This document shows, piece by piece, positions 1-8,921 of a stretch of DNA of 64,000 nt. The notes under the pieces were generated by a model. That model saw only the letters and a list, made by a program, of their open reading frames with translations. It ran no database searches and was not told the DNA's origin. Each line of letters opens with the position of its first letter. Within the stretch, counting starts at the first letter, position 1. This DNA is from Pyrinomonadales bacterium (GTDB lineage: Bacteria; Acidobacteriota; Blastocatellia; Pyrinomonadales; Pyrinomonadaceae), in assembly GCA_038230715.1 (NCBI GenBank), contig JBBRMS010000009.1:4945-68944 (forward strand), in the 5' to 3' direction. Made by a program: the position numbers and the translations under genes.

Positions 1-2257
1 ACTGGATCGGAAACGTTCCCGAATTGTCGTCGGCTTCGCCGTGCATTAGCAGGATTGGGTCTTTGATCTCATGCGCGTACCAGAACGGCGACATCTTCGC
101 GTATAAATCCGGCACCTCCCAAAACGTTCGTCGCTCACTCTGAAAACCAAACGGCGTCAGCGAGCGGTTGTAGGCGCCGCTCTCGGCAAACCCCGCCCGG
201 AACAGGCGTGAATGGGCCAGCAGGTTCGCCGTCATGAACGCTCCGTAACTATGCCCGCCGACACCGATACGATCGCGATCACCGACACCCATTTCGACCA
301 GCTTGTCGATCGCAGCTTCCGCGCTGGCGACCAGTTGATCGACATAATGATCGTTGGCTGTCTCTCCGGGTCCGACGATCGGCATGGTCGGATTATCCAG
401 CACCGCGTAACCGGACAAGAGCAGGAATAGATGCGAGTAACCGCTGACGAGGGTAAAGCGATTCGGCGAACCCGTGATCTGACTGGCCGAATCAGCATCT
501 CCGAATTCCCTGGGATACGCCCACAGGATTACCGGCAAACGAGTACCCGGCTTGTAACCGGGCGGCAGATAGAGCGTGCCTGACAGTTTCACACCGTCCT
601 TGCGCTGGTAGGTAATGAACTGGTGCGAGGCCGCCCGCAGTTGCGGCTGCGGATCCTTGAATTCGGTGACGGCCCGTTTGGAATTACTCCCCAGATCGCG
701 CACGTAATAGTTCGGCGGATCGAGGGGCGTTTCATAGCGCGTCAGGACGGTCCTGGCATCATCGCTCAACGGCGCTACGACTGTTTCGTAGACCTTGGTA
801 TCACTGCGGAACAATCGTTCACTCGCCAGCGTTTTCAGATTCAGTCGATCTAGAAACGGACGATCGCCTTCGGGTGAAGAGCCCGTGCCGACGAGGTAAA
901 TGAAATCGCCGGTCTGCATAATCACGCTGGGGCCACCACCGAAACCGCCGCCAAGGTCGCGCCGCATCACGGGCGTGCCCGGATTGTCATAAGCAGCATC
1001 TTGCCGGCGATCCCAAAGCTTACGCGGCTCAGCGCCGGGTTCAAGAATCCAGGTGCGCGTCCGCCGCGAAGCCCGGTCTGATTCGCTCAACAGCGCCAGG
1101 CCTTTTTCGGTAAACGATAAAGTTGAGAAACGCCATTCCGTTTTGGCGAGCTCGCTGGGAGCGTCCTTGAAAGGTGCTGTGGCGCTCATCACCTTGTCAC
1201 GGAACGGGACTTTGTTCTTAAGATTTCCCTCATCCAAAGCTTCAGTCCAAACGATCGTGGCCGGCTGATCCGCTCTCCAGCGATACCCGCGCGGGCCCGT
1301 CTGCACCCCAGTCAGCGACACGCCTTCGCTTGAAGGGACATCAGCAATTTTGCGCGCCATTTCGCCACGGCGGGTCCAAATCTCGACATCCTCCGGAAAG
1401 CCACCCATCGGAATCAGGTGTGAAAAAGGGCGTTTGACCTTGGCGACCAGCAGGTAATCGCCACTGGGCGAAGGATTGACTGTATCGAAGATTGCCGGAC
1501 GTCCAATGAGAGTCTTGCTTCCCGTAATAGTGATCGCCGCCAGTTGGCTGGTGAAATAATATTCAAACAGCGCCTCATCATGGGCGGTCTTGATCATGTC
1601 TTCGTAGGTGGCGGCCGGTGCAGCCTTGCCGCTGCTCTCCTGAATATTTGGCCCGGTGGGCACGGTCGGCTCTTGCGGCGCAGGACCACGGCCGGCCGGA
1701 ACCAGTTCACAAATCAAGGTCGCGTTGTCGCGCAGCCAATCGCACGGATCCCCGGTCGTGGCATTCAGCCGATCATTACCGCTGATTAACTTCGCGCGGC
1801 CGGTGGCCGTGTCGGCCACCCATAATTCGATTCGATCGTCCTTACGGTTCTGAAACGACAGGTGCGTGCCGTCAGGCGAAAAGCGGACGTTCGAGATGCT
1901 GGCTTGGGGCGGGAGCATCACTTTGACTTCGCTGCCGTCCGCAATCTTCTTCAGGGTGATCGCATAGATCTCGACAAAGCGGTGGGGGCCGTTGTTGCGT
2001 GGGTTAACGCGCGCACCGGCCAGCCGCAGCATTGGCTGGGACAGTTCGGCAATCGTGGGCTGAGACTTGCGAAAGGTGAGGGCCATAACCTGCCTTGTCG
2101 GACTCAGCACGGTCTGCGGTAAAGGCTGAGCGTCAAAAGCGGCGACGATATCTTTCGGTGGCATCATGTAGGATGCCCCGTCAGGTGTCTGTCCAAATGC
2201 AGCTACAGCAGTCGCAGAGATCAGCAGAGTTACAAATGCCAAATGTCTCTTTCGCAC
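1..2257 (-). CDS. S9 family serine peptidase (prolyl oligopeptidase / acylaminoacyl-peptidase-like), secreted; 3' end runs off the left edge
   Basis: Absent from the ORF track because no stop lies inside the window. Manual minus-strand translation gives a GTG start at 2257 preceded by GGGAGG and a signal-like N-terminus VRKRHLAFVTLLISATAVAAFGQ. Near the left edge it reads VGGHSYGAFMTANLL (GxSxG nucleophile elbow) and DPILLMHGEADDNSGTFPIQ (catalytic Asp region). Both ends are in the same frame. Confidence 0.85.
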   Translation of the reverse strand, partial: MRKRHLAFVTLLISATAVAAFGQTPDGASYMMPPKDIVAAFDAQPLPQTVLSPTRQVMALTFRKSQPTIAELSQPMLRLAGARVNPRNNGPHRFVEIYAITLKKIADGSEVKVMLPPQASISNVRFSPDGTHLSFQNRKDDRIELWVADTATGRAKLISGNDRLNATTGDPCDWLRDNATLICELVPAGRGPAPQEPTVPTGPNIQESSGKAAPAATYEDMIKTAHDEALFEYYFTSQLAAITITGSKTLIGRPAIFDTVNPSPSGDYLLVAKVKRPFSHLIPMGGFPEDVEIWTRRGEMARKIADVPSSEGVSLTGVQTGPRGYRWRADQPATIVWTEALDEGNLKNKVPFRDKVMSATAPFKDAPSELAKTEWRFSTLSFTEKGLALLSESDRASRRTRTWILEPGAEPRKLWDRRQDAAYDNPGTPVMRRDLGGGFGGGPSVIMQTGDFIYLVGTGSSPEGDRPFLDRLNLKTLASERLFRSDTKVYETVVAPLSDDARTVLTRYETPLDPPNYYVRDLGSNSKRAVTEFKDPQPQLRAASHQFITYQRKDGVKLSGTLYLPPGYKPGTRLPVILWAYPREFGDADSASQITGSPNRFTLVSGYSHLFLLLSGYAVLDNPTMPIVGPGETANDHYVDQLVASAEAAIDKLVEMGVGDRDRIGVGGHSYGAFMTANLLAHSRLFRAGFAESGAYNRSLTPFGFQSERRTFWEVPDLYAKMSPFWYAHEIKDPILLMHGEADDNSGTFPIQ

Positions 2258-2333
2258 GTCGAACCTCCCGGAAGTTTTCAGGCTAGAAGTTTCGTAGTTG
2301 AGAGGGCGGATTCTATCAGAACGGCGGATCGTG

Positions 2334-2394
2334 CGACAAACTTGAGTTTGTCGTCCGTGAACCATCTCAGATCATCGACAAGCTGAAGCTTGTC
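2334..2394. repeat. Two copies of a perfect/near-perfect palindromic hairpin element (CGACAAACTTGAGTTTGTCG; CGACAAGCTGAAGCTTGTC)
   Basis: Read directly at 2334-2353 and 2376-2394. The same element recurs as a pair at 21948-22000. Confidence 0.8.
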
Positions 2395-2402
2395 TTACAA
2401 CG

Positions 2403-3089
2403 CTACCCTTTTACAAATTGGTAGGTGATATGCAAGGTCAGCCCGGCCGGCGTTACCTCGACCCGCATATCTTTGGCGCGGAACTGCAGTGCGCCTTTCG
2501 CCGGTTGGATATTCACTCGGGTCGAGAGTTGATCCAGGGTGATGAGATCAACCGGATTGTAGCGCCGGTCGATCGCCGTCTGCACCATGTTTACCAGCGC
2601 GCCATTCGCGAGCGGGGGCACATCGTTGAGATGAATGTCGCGTAAACGAAACCGCGCGACCAGGGCGCGTCGCTCGCTGTTGAATTCGAGATTCACCTCA
2701 GAATCCGCCCAGCCGGAGAACTCAAAACAGCCCAATAACGATGAGTAATACGCTCCCGCAAATGCCAGGGGACCGACGATCCGGCCGTTCTCAAAATGAA
2801 CCGCAGTACGCACGCCTCCCACTTCGCGCTTTAATCTGATCTCGCTGGCGCACTGAGTACTCGGGGCGGCCCCACCGAGCGTTAAAGGCATCGCAGGTTC
2901 CTGCAGGTTATCGAAGATGGCAGTGAGAAAGGAATTGAGAAACTGTTCGTTCACCATCACGGTCGCTTCGGCCGCGGGCACACTGGCGGCGCGCCGGCCG
3001 CGGGTGGCTGACTCCTGCGCCGGCACTGGGGTGGTGGAAACCAGAAAAACAATACCGATTAAGAGTTGCGTAACGGCGCTTGATCGCAT
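2403..3089 (-). CDS. Hypothetical secreted protein
   Basis: ORF 2403..3107. The internal ATG at 3089 is preceded by GGGAG. It has a signal-like N-terminus MRSSAVTQLLIGIVFLVSTTPVPAQE. No motif I recognise. Confidence 0.6.
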   Translation of the reverse strand: MRSSAVTQLLIGIVFLVSTTPVPAQESATRGRRAASVPAAEATVMVNEQFLNSFLTAIFDNLQEPAMPLTLGGAAPSTQCASEIRLKREVGGVRTAVHFENGRIVGPLAFAGAYYSSLLGCFEFSGWADSEVNLEFNSERRALVARFRLRDIHLNDVPPLANGALVNMVQTAIDRRYNPVDLITLDQLSTRVNIQPAKGALQFRAKDMRVEVTPAGLTLHITYQFVKG

Positions 3090-3194
3090 TCGATTTAACT
3101 CCCACATGAGCCGTGGCTCATACGATTTTAACGCAAAGCGCGCAAATGAACCTTGTCGAAGACTTTCGCGTCCTTTGCGTTTTGCCTCCTACCA

Positions 3195-4184
3195 CTACAA
3201 CCCACTGCGCACGATGTCATGCAAACGAACCAGTCCTATACATAGTCCCTGGCCATCAACCACCGGCAAAACATTAATTTGCGAAGGCCGATCTTCCATC
3301 AAACGTAATGCGTCAAAGGCCAGCATCTCCGCGTTGGCGACGATCGGGTCCCGCGTCATCAAGTCATCGCACCTGATATTGGCGAAGGCGAGATCGGCAC
3401 TGCTAATTCTCTGCAGCGACCGCCGCAGATCGCCATCAGTAATGATGCCTTCGAGCCGACCCTCGCGATCGATCACATTAACCGCCCCGAGGCCGAAGTG
3501 TGTGATGGTGGTAATGATCTCCATCCAGGCGGCATCGGCTGAGATGGTTGGATTCCCTGTTCCGGCGTGCATCAAGTCGGCGACTCGCAAAGTCAGGCGC
3601 TTGCCCAATTGTCCCGCCGGATGATTGTGAGCAAAGTCGTCTTCCGTTAGTCCCCTGGCACTCATCAGGGCCATAGCCAGCGCATCACCGATAGCCAGGG
3701 CCACAGTGGTACTGGTGGTTGGCGCGAGATTAAGCGGACAAGCCTCCTGATCGACCGAAGCATCGAGGACGGCATCGGCACGTTTAGCAATGGTCGATTT
3801 GAGATTGCCGACGATTGCCACTAAAGGCACTTGACGCCGTTTGAGGTAGGGCAGAAGCTGCAACAGCTCGTCTGTCTCGCCGCTGTTACTCAGCAGCAGC
3901 ACCACATCGTCTGCAGAGACAACTCCCAGCCCGCCATGCAAAGCGTCCGATGGATGAAGATGAACTGCTGCAGTACCGCTGCTGATCATGGTGGCGGCGA
4001 CCTTTTGCGCAATGATGCCCGACTTGCCTACACCGAGCAGGACGATCTTTCCCTTGCAGCCGGCTAGCAAAATCATGACCCGGTCAATCTCATCCGGACG
4101 CAAACGGGTAGCAGCTTTGGCTATCGCTTCGGATTCCGCGCGCAGCAAGTCAACCACTTGTGAGTAATCTGATCTCTCTTCCAT
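3195..4184 (-). CDS. kdsD: Arabinose-5-phosphate isomerase (KdsD/KpsF family; SIS domain plus CBS pair)
   Basis: SIS motif LLGVGKSGIIAQKVAATMISSGTAAVHLHPSDALHGGLG and a C-terminal CBS-like pair. The start is taken at the internal MEERSDYSQ because the 30 aa upstream look non-native. Confidence 0.85.
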   Translation of the reverse strand: MEERSDYSQVVDLLRAESEAIAKAATRLRPDEIDRVMILLAGCKGKIVLLGVGKSGIIAQKVAATMISSGTAAVHLHPSDALHGGLGVVSADDVVLLLSNSGETDELLQLLPYLKRRQVPLVAIVGNLKSTIAKRADAVLDASVDQEACPLNLAPTTSTTVALAIGDALAMALMSARGLTEDDFAHNHPAGQLGKRLTLRVADLMHAGTGNPTISADAAWMEIITTITHFGLGAVNVIDREGRLEGIITDGDLRRSLQRISSADLAFANIRCDDLMTRDPIVANAEMLAFDALRLMEDRPSQINVLPVVDGQGLCIGLVRLHDIVRSGL

Positions 4185-4413
4185 GCCGCAACCTTGATAT
4201 ACGACTGACGGCTGTATTTGCAAGCAGCCACGAGTGCGATTGTTGCCGGGGAGCAGGGATGCCTGACACGCCACACGTGTTCACGCTTCTTGCTCAATGC
4301 GGACGGGAAGTCCGCGCTCCCAGGATCGAGAATGGACAGGGCCCAACCTCTTCCGCTAATATTGCCCTTCTTCCAACTAACCAGGATACTTTCGGAATTC
4401 GCAGGAGTCTCAA

Positions 4414-5034
4414 ATGTTTGCCAAGCTGCTACCGCGTGAAGAACAATATTTTTCGCTCTTTACGCAGATGACTTCATACATTAATAATGCGGCCACTACC
4501 CTGGTCGAGATGTTTTCTCATCATGACGGCGACTACACTGAATATGTGCAGCGCATCAAGGGCATCGAGCATGCTTGCGACGACCTGACGCACAGCGTCT
4601 CAACCCGTCTGAATCAATCCTTCATCACGCCTTTCGATCGCGAAGACATTTATATGATGTCCAAGGCCCTCGATGACGTGGTGGACTTAATCGACGGCAT
4701 CGCCCGCGCCGTAGTGATGTACGATATTCACGAAACCACCGAGCCGGCAAAACAATTGGCCGGGGTAATCCAACGCATGGCAGTGCAACTGCACGAAGTG
4801 ATTTCAATGCTGCAAAAACCAAAAGGCGTGACCGAAAGACTGGTTGAGCTGCACCGGTTGGAACACGAAGGCGACGACATCTATCAACGCGCGGTGGGCG
4901 GACTGTTCCACGAGAATCGCGATGCGCTGACAGTGATCAAGTGGAAAGATGTCTATGAGAAGCTGGAATCGACGATCGACCGTTGCGAACACGTCGCCAA
5001 TATTATTGAAGGCGTGATCATCAAGCACTCGTAA
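4414..5034 (+). CDS. DUF47 / PhoU-like (TIGR00153) family protein
   Basis: N-terminus MFAKLLPREEQYFSLF and an all-helical PhoU-like sequence of 206 aa. AGGAG lies upstream of the ATG. Confidence 0.75.
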   Translation: MFAKLLPREEQYFSLFTQMTSYINNAATTLVEMFSHHDGDYTEYVQRIKGIEHACDDLTHSVSTRLNQSFITPFDREDIYMMSKALDDVVDLIDGIARAVVMYDIHETTEPAKQLAGVIQRMAVQLHEVISMLQKPKGVTERLVELHRLEHEGDDIYQRAVGGLFHENRDALTVIKWKDVYEKLESTIDRCEHVANIIEGVIIKHS

Positions 5035-5041
5035 GGTACGC

Positions 5042-5215
5042 CGACGTTAGTTTGTCGCCGTAGGAGCCCGATGCTTATAGCTCACGCAGTCAATTGAGTC
5101 TGGGCTCCCTAGGAGCGCAACCGCAAACATTCCGCTCCTAACGGAGCTGGTTTCAATTTGGGCTCCAGCGCTACAAACATCTCGCCTCTAACGAGCGAAG
5201 AGTGGGGTTGATAAC
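5042..5215. repeat. Cluster of degenerate GC-rich hairpin repeats (GGAGC...GCTCC type) upstream of tRNA-Arg
   Basis: Reiterated units: CCGTAGGAGCCCGATGCTTATAGC, CCCTAGGAGCGCAACCGCAAACATTCCGCTCCTAACGGAGC and GGGCTCCAGCGCTACAAACATCTCGCCTCTAACGAGCG. Confidence 0.6.
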
Positions 5216-5292
5216 TAAACCTGATTTAGCAGAGGCTGATCAGCCGCTAGCCCGCTTCCGCCCGCTGTGCTATCGTTTCCGTCCCAACATGT

Positions 5293-5369
5293 GCCCGCGT
5301 AGCTCAGTGGATTAGAGCGTTCGCCTCCGGAGCGAAAGGTCGCAGGTTCGACCCCTGCCGCGGGTACCA
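5293..5369 (+). tRNA. tRNA-Arg (anticodon CCG), CCA encoded
   Basis: Manual cloverleaf. Acceptor GCCCGCG/CGCGGGT, D arm GCTC-AGTGGATTA-GAGC, anticodon stem TTCGC/GCGAA with loop CTCCGGA, T arm GCAGG-TTCGACC-CCTGC, then ACCA. Confidence 0.9.
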
Positions 5370-5411
5370 AATCAGAGATTAGAAGTCAGAAATGACACCT
5401 ACCGACTTCCT

Positions 5412-6740
5412 CTAGGAAACGGCCGCGTCAGTAATCTCCAGCCCCTTATCGATAATCGCAAACGACTCGCGCATTTCGGCTTCAGTGATACACAAGGGCG
5501 GGTTGGTGAAGAAAGTATTCCAACGCACGAGGGTGTAGAGCCCTTCCTGCCGGAAGAACTTGCTCAGCGCCTGCATCTCAGGCGAGCTGCCGTTGAAGGG
5601 GGCCATCGGTTCGCGCGTCTCTCGATTGCGTACCAGCTCGACAATACCGAATAGGCCGATGTTCCGCGTGGCGCCGACCGACGGATGTCGGCTCTGCAGA
5701 TCCTCCATCAGCTCTCGCATCAAAGTACCCATGTTGCGCGCGTTCTCGATCAGGCGATCTTCTTCGTACACGGCAATCGTTGCCAGCGCAGCCGCACATG
5801 CGAGCGGATGGCTATTGTAGGTCAGCCCGCCATAGAAAACATTCTTCTCAAAGTGGTCGGCAATCTGCCGGCGCATGCCCACCGCACCCAGCTGCACATA
5901 TGCGCTGGTTAGACCCTTGGCCATTGAGATTAGATCCGGCTTAACCTGCCAGTGATCAATAGAAAACCACTCCCCTGTACGACCGAAACCGGCCATGACT
6001 TCGTCGGCTATCAGGAGGATGCCGTGCTTGTCGCACAGCGCGCGCAATCCCTGCATGTAGCCATCTGGTGGAATCAGAATGCCATTGGTGCCAACCACGG
6101 GCTCGACGATTATCGCTGCGACCGTTTGCGGTCCTTCGAGCTGCAGGACTTCTTCAGTTCGCGCCAGCACCTCTTCTGTTGTGTCAGAGCCTCGCTGAAT
6201 TCCATGATAGAAGTCGGGAATGCGAATCACTCCCGGGATGCCCGGCTCTGCGGCCCAGCGACGCGGATCGCCGGTGAGGGTGAGCGCGCCCGCCGTGCCG
6301 CCGTGGTACGAACGATAGCGCGCTGCGATTTTGTGACGGCCGGTGAACAAGCGCGCGATGCGGATTGCGTTCTCGTTCGCTTCGGCGCCGCCGTTGGTGA
6401 AAAAGAAAGCATCGATATCGCCGGGTGTGATCTCGGCGAGTTTCACGCTCAGGCGCGCGCGTACTTCGGTGGCCATGAACGGGTTGGCATAGGGGAGGAT
6501 CGCGGCCTGTTCCTGGATGGCGCGCACTACCCGCTCGTCTCCGTGCCCAATATTTACGCACATCAACTGGCTGTTGAAGTCGATGAAGCGCTTCTCTTCC
6601 GGCGTCCAGAAGTAGATACCCTTTGCCCGTGCCACCGGTATCGGATCCACCGCGGCCTGTGCGGACCACTCAAAGAGTGTGTGCCGGCGACAGAGTTCAA
6701 CGATTTGCTTACCCGTCAAGGTTTCAGAAGTAGTTGTCAT
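5412..6740 (-). CDS. Class III (omega) aminotransferase, PLP-dependent
   Basis: 442 aa with typical class-III blocks: FTNGGAEANENAIRIAR, LIADEVMAGFGRTGEWF and the PLP-lysine region DLISMAKGLTSAY. Confidence 0.85.
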   Translation of the reverse strand: MTTTSETLTGKQIVELCRRHTLFEWSAQAAVDPIPVARAKGIYFWTPEEKRFIDFNSQLMCVNIGHGDERVVRAIQEQAAILPYANPFMATEVRARLSVKLAEITPGDIDAFFFTNGGAEANENAIRIARLFTGRHKIAARYRSYHGGTAGALTLTGDPRRWAAEPGIPGVIRIPDFYHGIQRGSDTTEEVLARTEEVLQLEGPQTVAAIIVEPVVGTNGILIPPDGYMQGLRALCDKHGILLIADEVMAGFGRTGEWFSIDHWQVKPDLISMAKGLTSAYVQLGAVGMRRQIADHFEKNVFYGGLTYNSHPLACAAALATIAVYEEDRLIENARNMGTLMRELMEDLQSRHPSVGATRNIGLFGIVELVRNRETREPMAPFNGSSPEMQALSKFFRQEGLYTLVRWNTFFTNPPLCITEAEMRESFAIIDKGLEITDAAVS

Positions 6741-7014
6741 AGGAATCCGATGCTATCCAAATCGGCACGATTTCACAACCGCGTGTTGAGTGGATCGCGG
6801 AGACCTTTCCGCCAGCGTGCGCTGCACAATCAGCTTCCCGGCTACGTTTCCGGGAGGTGGTTCGCGGTGCGCACTCAGGCGAACAAGGTGTCCGCGATCC
6901 GTCCTCATCAAATATCCAGGTGCTGTTGACCCCGCTGGTTCGTTTGTCATATCGTCTTAATTCACCCAATCGTTTCGGGGTGGCCCCCTCTTGCCCGGTC
7001 CTCCAACAAAACTA

Positions 7015-7461
7015 ATGGATCAAAATGCCCAGACGCGCCGGGCCGTGACTCTGCCTACGATTTTGGTCGTCGAAGACTTTGACGACACGCGCATGATGAT
7101 GAAGTTGTGGTTGGCGCGAATCGGTTACCGGGTCATTGAAGCTGAAACCGGCGCGGAAGCCATCGAGGTGGCCCAGCGCGAGTTACCAGATCTGATCATC
7201 ATGGACGTGATGATGCCAGGCATGAATGGCCTTGACGCTACACAGCGAATACGCGAGTATCAGGCTCTGCGCCGGACACCGATCATAGCCGTCTCTGCCT
7301 ATGGCGCAAACGAATACGGAGCGCTGGCGCTCGATGCTGGCTGTAACGAATACGTCTCGACCCCGTTCGATCCGAATGCACTGGCTGACTTGATCAAGAA
7401 ACTGATTGCGAAAAGTGAAGCTTCCTCTTTCAACGCTCCGCCCTCAGATCTGGAACACTAG
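7015..7461 (+). CDS. Stand-alone response regulator receiver (CheY-like)
   Basis: ILVVEDFDDTRMMMKLWL...PDLIIMDVMMPGMNGLD...PIIAVSAY, and no output domain. The start is ambiguous between TTG 6991 and ATG 7015. Confidence 0.8.
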   Translation: MDQNAQTRRAVTLPTILVVEDFDDTRMMMKLWLARIGYRVIEAETGAEAIEVAQRELPDLIIMDVMMPGMNGLDATQRIREYQALRRTPIIAVSAYGANEYGALALDAGCNEYVSTPFDPNALADLIKKLIAKSEASSFNAPPSDLEH

Positions 7462-8164
7462 CAGAGTCCTCTGGCTACTTCTGTTGACGGCGTGTGCAGT
7501 TGTCACCGCCCCCGCCCAGGTTTCAACCTGCACGCTCAAACTCGATCAATTGCCTGAGTCAGCCGAACTCCGCGGGTTTCGTGTGGGGATGACTCTCGAC
7601 CAGGCCAAAGCCCGCGCACCTCAGATCAGACAGGCCAGTTCGGATGAATTCGGCGTGGCCAAGATCAGTATCAACCCATATTTCGATCCAAGTTTTGACA
7701 AGACGACGTTCGCGGATATACGCACGATTTCCCTCGACTTCCTTGACGGCCGGTTGGTCAGTCTATGGATTGGATACGAGAGCTCGTTCAAGTGGCAAAC
7801 CGTCGATGCCTTCGTCGCCGGGTTCAGCAAAGCGCTAAGCATTCCCTCTGAATGGCCATTGAAACGAGGCGGCCGGCAATTGAGCTGCAATGGGTTCACG
7901 GTGCTGGCATCCATGATTGCGGGTAGCCCCAGCGTGCGTATCAGCGACGATGCTGCGCAAGAGACGATTGCCTCGCGTCGCGAGGAAGCGGCCGCTGCCG
8001 CTGAGGCAGCGGAGGCCGTGGTTATAGGGGATCAGAAGACGAAGCTTTACTATCCATCTGATTGTTCAGAGGTAAGCGGCGTCAAGGAATCTAACCGAAT
8101 CAGATTCAAGAACAAAGACGAAGCCGAAAAGGCCGGCTTCAAACTAACAAAGGCCTGTCAATGA
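7406..8164 (+). CDS. Hypothetical secreted protein with C-terminal Ada-like metal-binding (sunset-type) motif
   Basis: Signal-like RVLWLLLLTACAVVTAPAQV. The C-terminus KLYYPSDCSEVSGVKESNRIRFKNKDEAEKAGFKLTKAC resembles the Ada N-terminal Cys motif. A TTG or GTG start overlaps the end of the receiver gene. Confidence 0.6.
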   Translation: MRKVKLPLSTLRPQIWNTSRVLWLLLLTACAVVTAPAQVSTCTLKLDQLPESAELRGFRVGMTLDQAKARAPQIRQASSDEFGVAKISINPYFDPSFDKTTFADIRTISLDFLDGRLVSLWIGYESSFKWQTVDAFVAGFSKALSIPSEWPLKRGGRQLSCNGFTVLASMIAGSPSVRISDDAAQETIASRREEAAAAAEAAEAVVIGDQKTKLYYPSDCSEVSGVKESNRIRFKNKDEAEKAGFKLTKACQ

Positions 8165-8174
8165 GGAGAAAACC

Positions 8175-8609
8175 ATGATCAAAGAATTCAAGGATTTCAT
8201 TGCTCGTAGCAACGTAATCGATTTGGCCGTGGGCGTGATTATCGGCCTCGCCCTGGGCAAAGTCGTCACCTCTTTGGTTGAAGGAATCATCATGCCGCCG
8301 ATTGGTCTGTTGCTTGGCCGGATCGACTTTGCGAGTCTGTTTCTGGTGCTCGACAAATCCAAAGGCATACCCGTTTCACTCGCGGACGCCAAGGCCAAGG
8401 CAATTCCCGTGGTGGCTTATGGTGCCTTCATTAACGACATCGTGAACTTCGTGATCATCGCCCTGGTGATTTTCATGGTGGTCAAGATTGTGAACAAGCT
8501 CAGAAAAACGGACCCCGCCAAAAAGGACTGCCCCTACTGCAAGAGCGCGATTCCTATCAGCGCGACGCGATGTGCCGCATGCTGTGTTGATTTGAGTGCG
8601 GCTCAATGA
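8175..8609 (+). CDS. mscL: Large-conductance mechanosensitive channel MscL with C-terminal CxxC...CxxC zinc-ribbon tail
   Basis: MIKEFKDFIARSNVIDLAVGVIIGLALGKVVTSLVEGIIMPPIGLLLG is the canonical MscL TM1 and periplasmic loop. The tail reads CPYCKSAIPISATRCAACC. GAGGAG lies upstream of the ATG. Confidence 0.9.
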   Translation: MIKEFKDFIARSNVIDLAVGVIIGLALGKVVTSLVEGIIMPPIGLLLGRIDFASLFLVLDKSKGIPVSLADAKAKAIPVVAYGAFINDIVNFVIIALVIFMVVKIVNKLRKTDPAKKDCPYCKSAIPISATRCAACCVDLSAAQ

Positions 8610-8661
8610 GGCTCGCTACAACTATGCGAGGTGTTCGGCTTGTCACATGAGAAGCCGGATA

Positions 8662-8760
8662 GCGGACATCTTGTCCCCTGAGGGCTGGGCGCGAACCACG
8701 TTTCCGGCGTCTCTGGGAAGCTGAGCCTGCGGCGCAAGCTGGAGGTCAGGATGTCTCCGC
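8662..8760. repeat. Inverted pair of GCGGACATCTTGTCC / GGTCAGGATGTCTCCGC type elements
   Basis: 8662-8676 and 8744-8760 are approximate reverse complements. Related words occur at about 55985-56000 and 56060-56072. Confidence 0.5.
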
Positions 8761-8921
8761 GCTTAAATCACATCAGGCGGCGGGTAGCTCTACCCAATCA
8801 GAAATCTCGACCCTCCAGCGAGGGCACCTCCTTGACGCTCCTCTGAACGCCTCCTTAGAATGAACTTGTAACCCCAACGAATCGTACAAGAGCTTACCAA
8901 AGTTTGAAGGAGCACTATCTA

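Noticed and set aside
1-2300. Apparent lack of any long ORF in the first 2.3 kb of the ORF track, suggesting non-coding or pseudogene DNA.
   Set aside because: Manual translation shows one continuous minus-strand S9 peptidase frame whose stop lies beyond the window edge. The ORF caller simply could not close it.
5293-5369. tRNA-Arg as an integration site for a genomic island.
   Set aside because: There is no integrase, no direct repeat of the tRNA 3' end, and no mobile-element genes in the flanking sequence. The neighbours are ordinary metabolic genes.
5952-6929. Long plus-strand ORF (325 aa) antisense to the aminotransferase gene. Similar long antisense ORFs occur at 2917-3624, 9786-10343, 13383-14090, 21270-21920, 33828-34661, 43137-43625 and 60048-60653.
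   Set aside because: Each one lies fully inside a gene with clear family motifs on the opposite strand. Their translations are Arg/Ala/Pro-rich with no motifs, which is what open antisense frames look like in GC-rich DNA.
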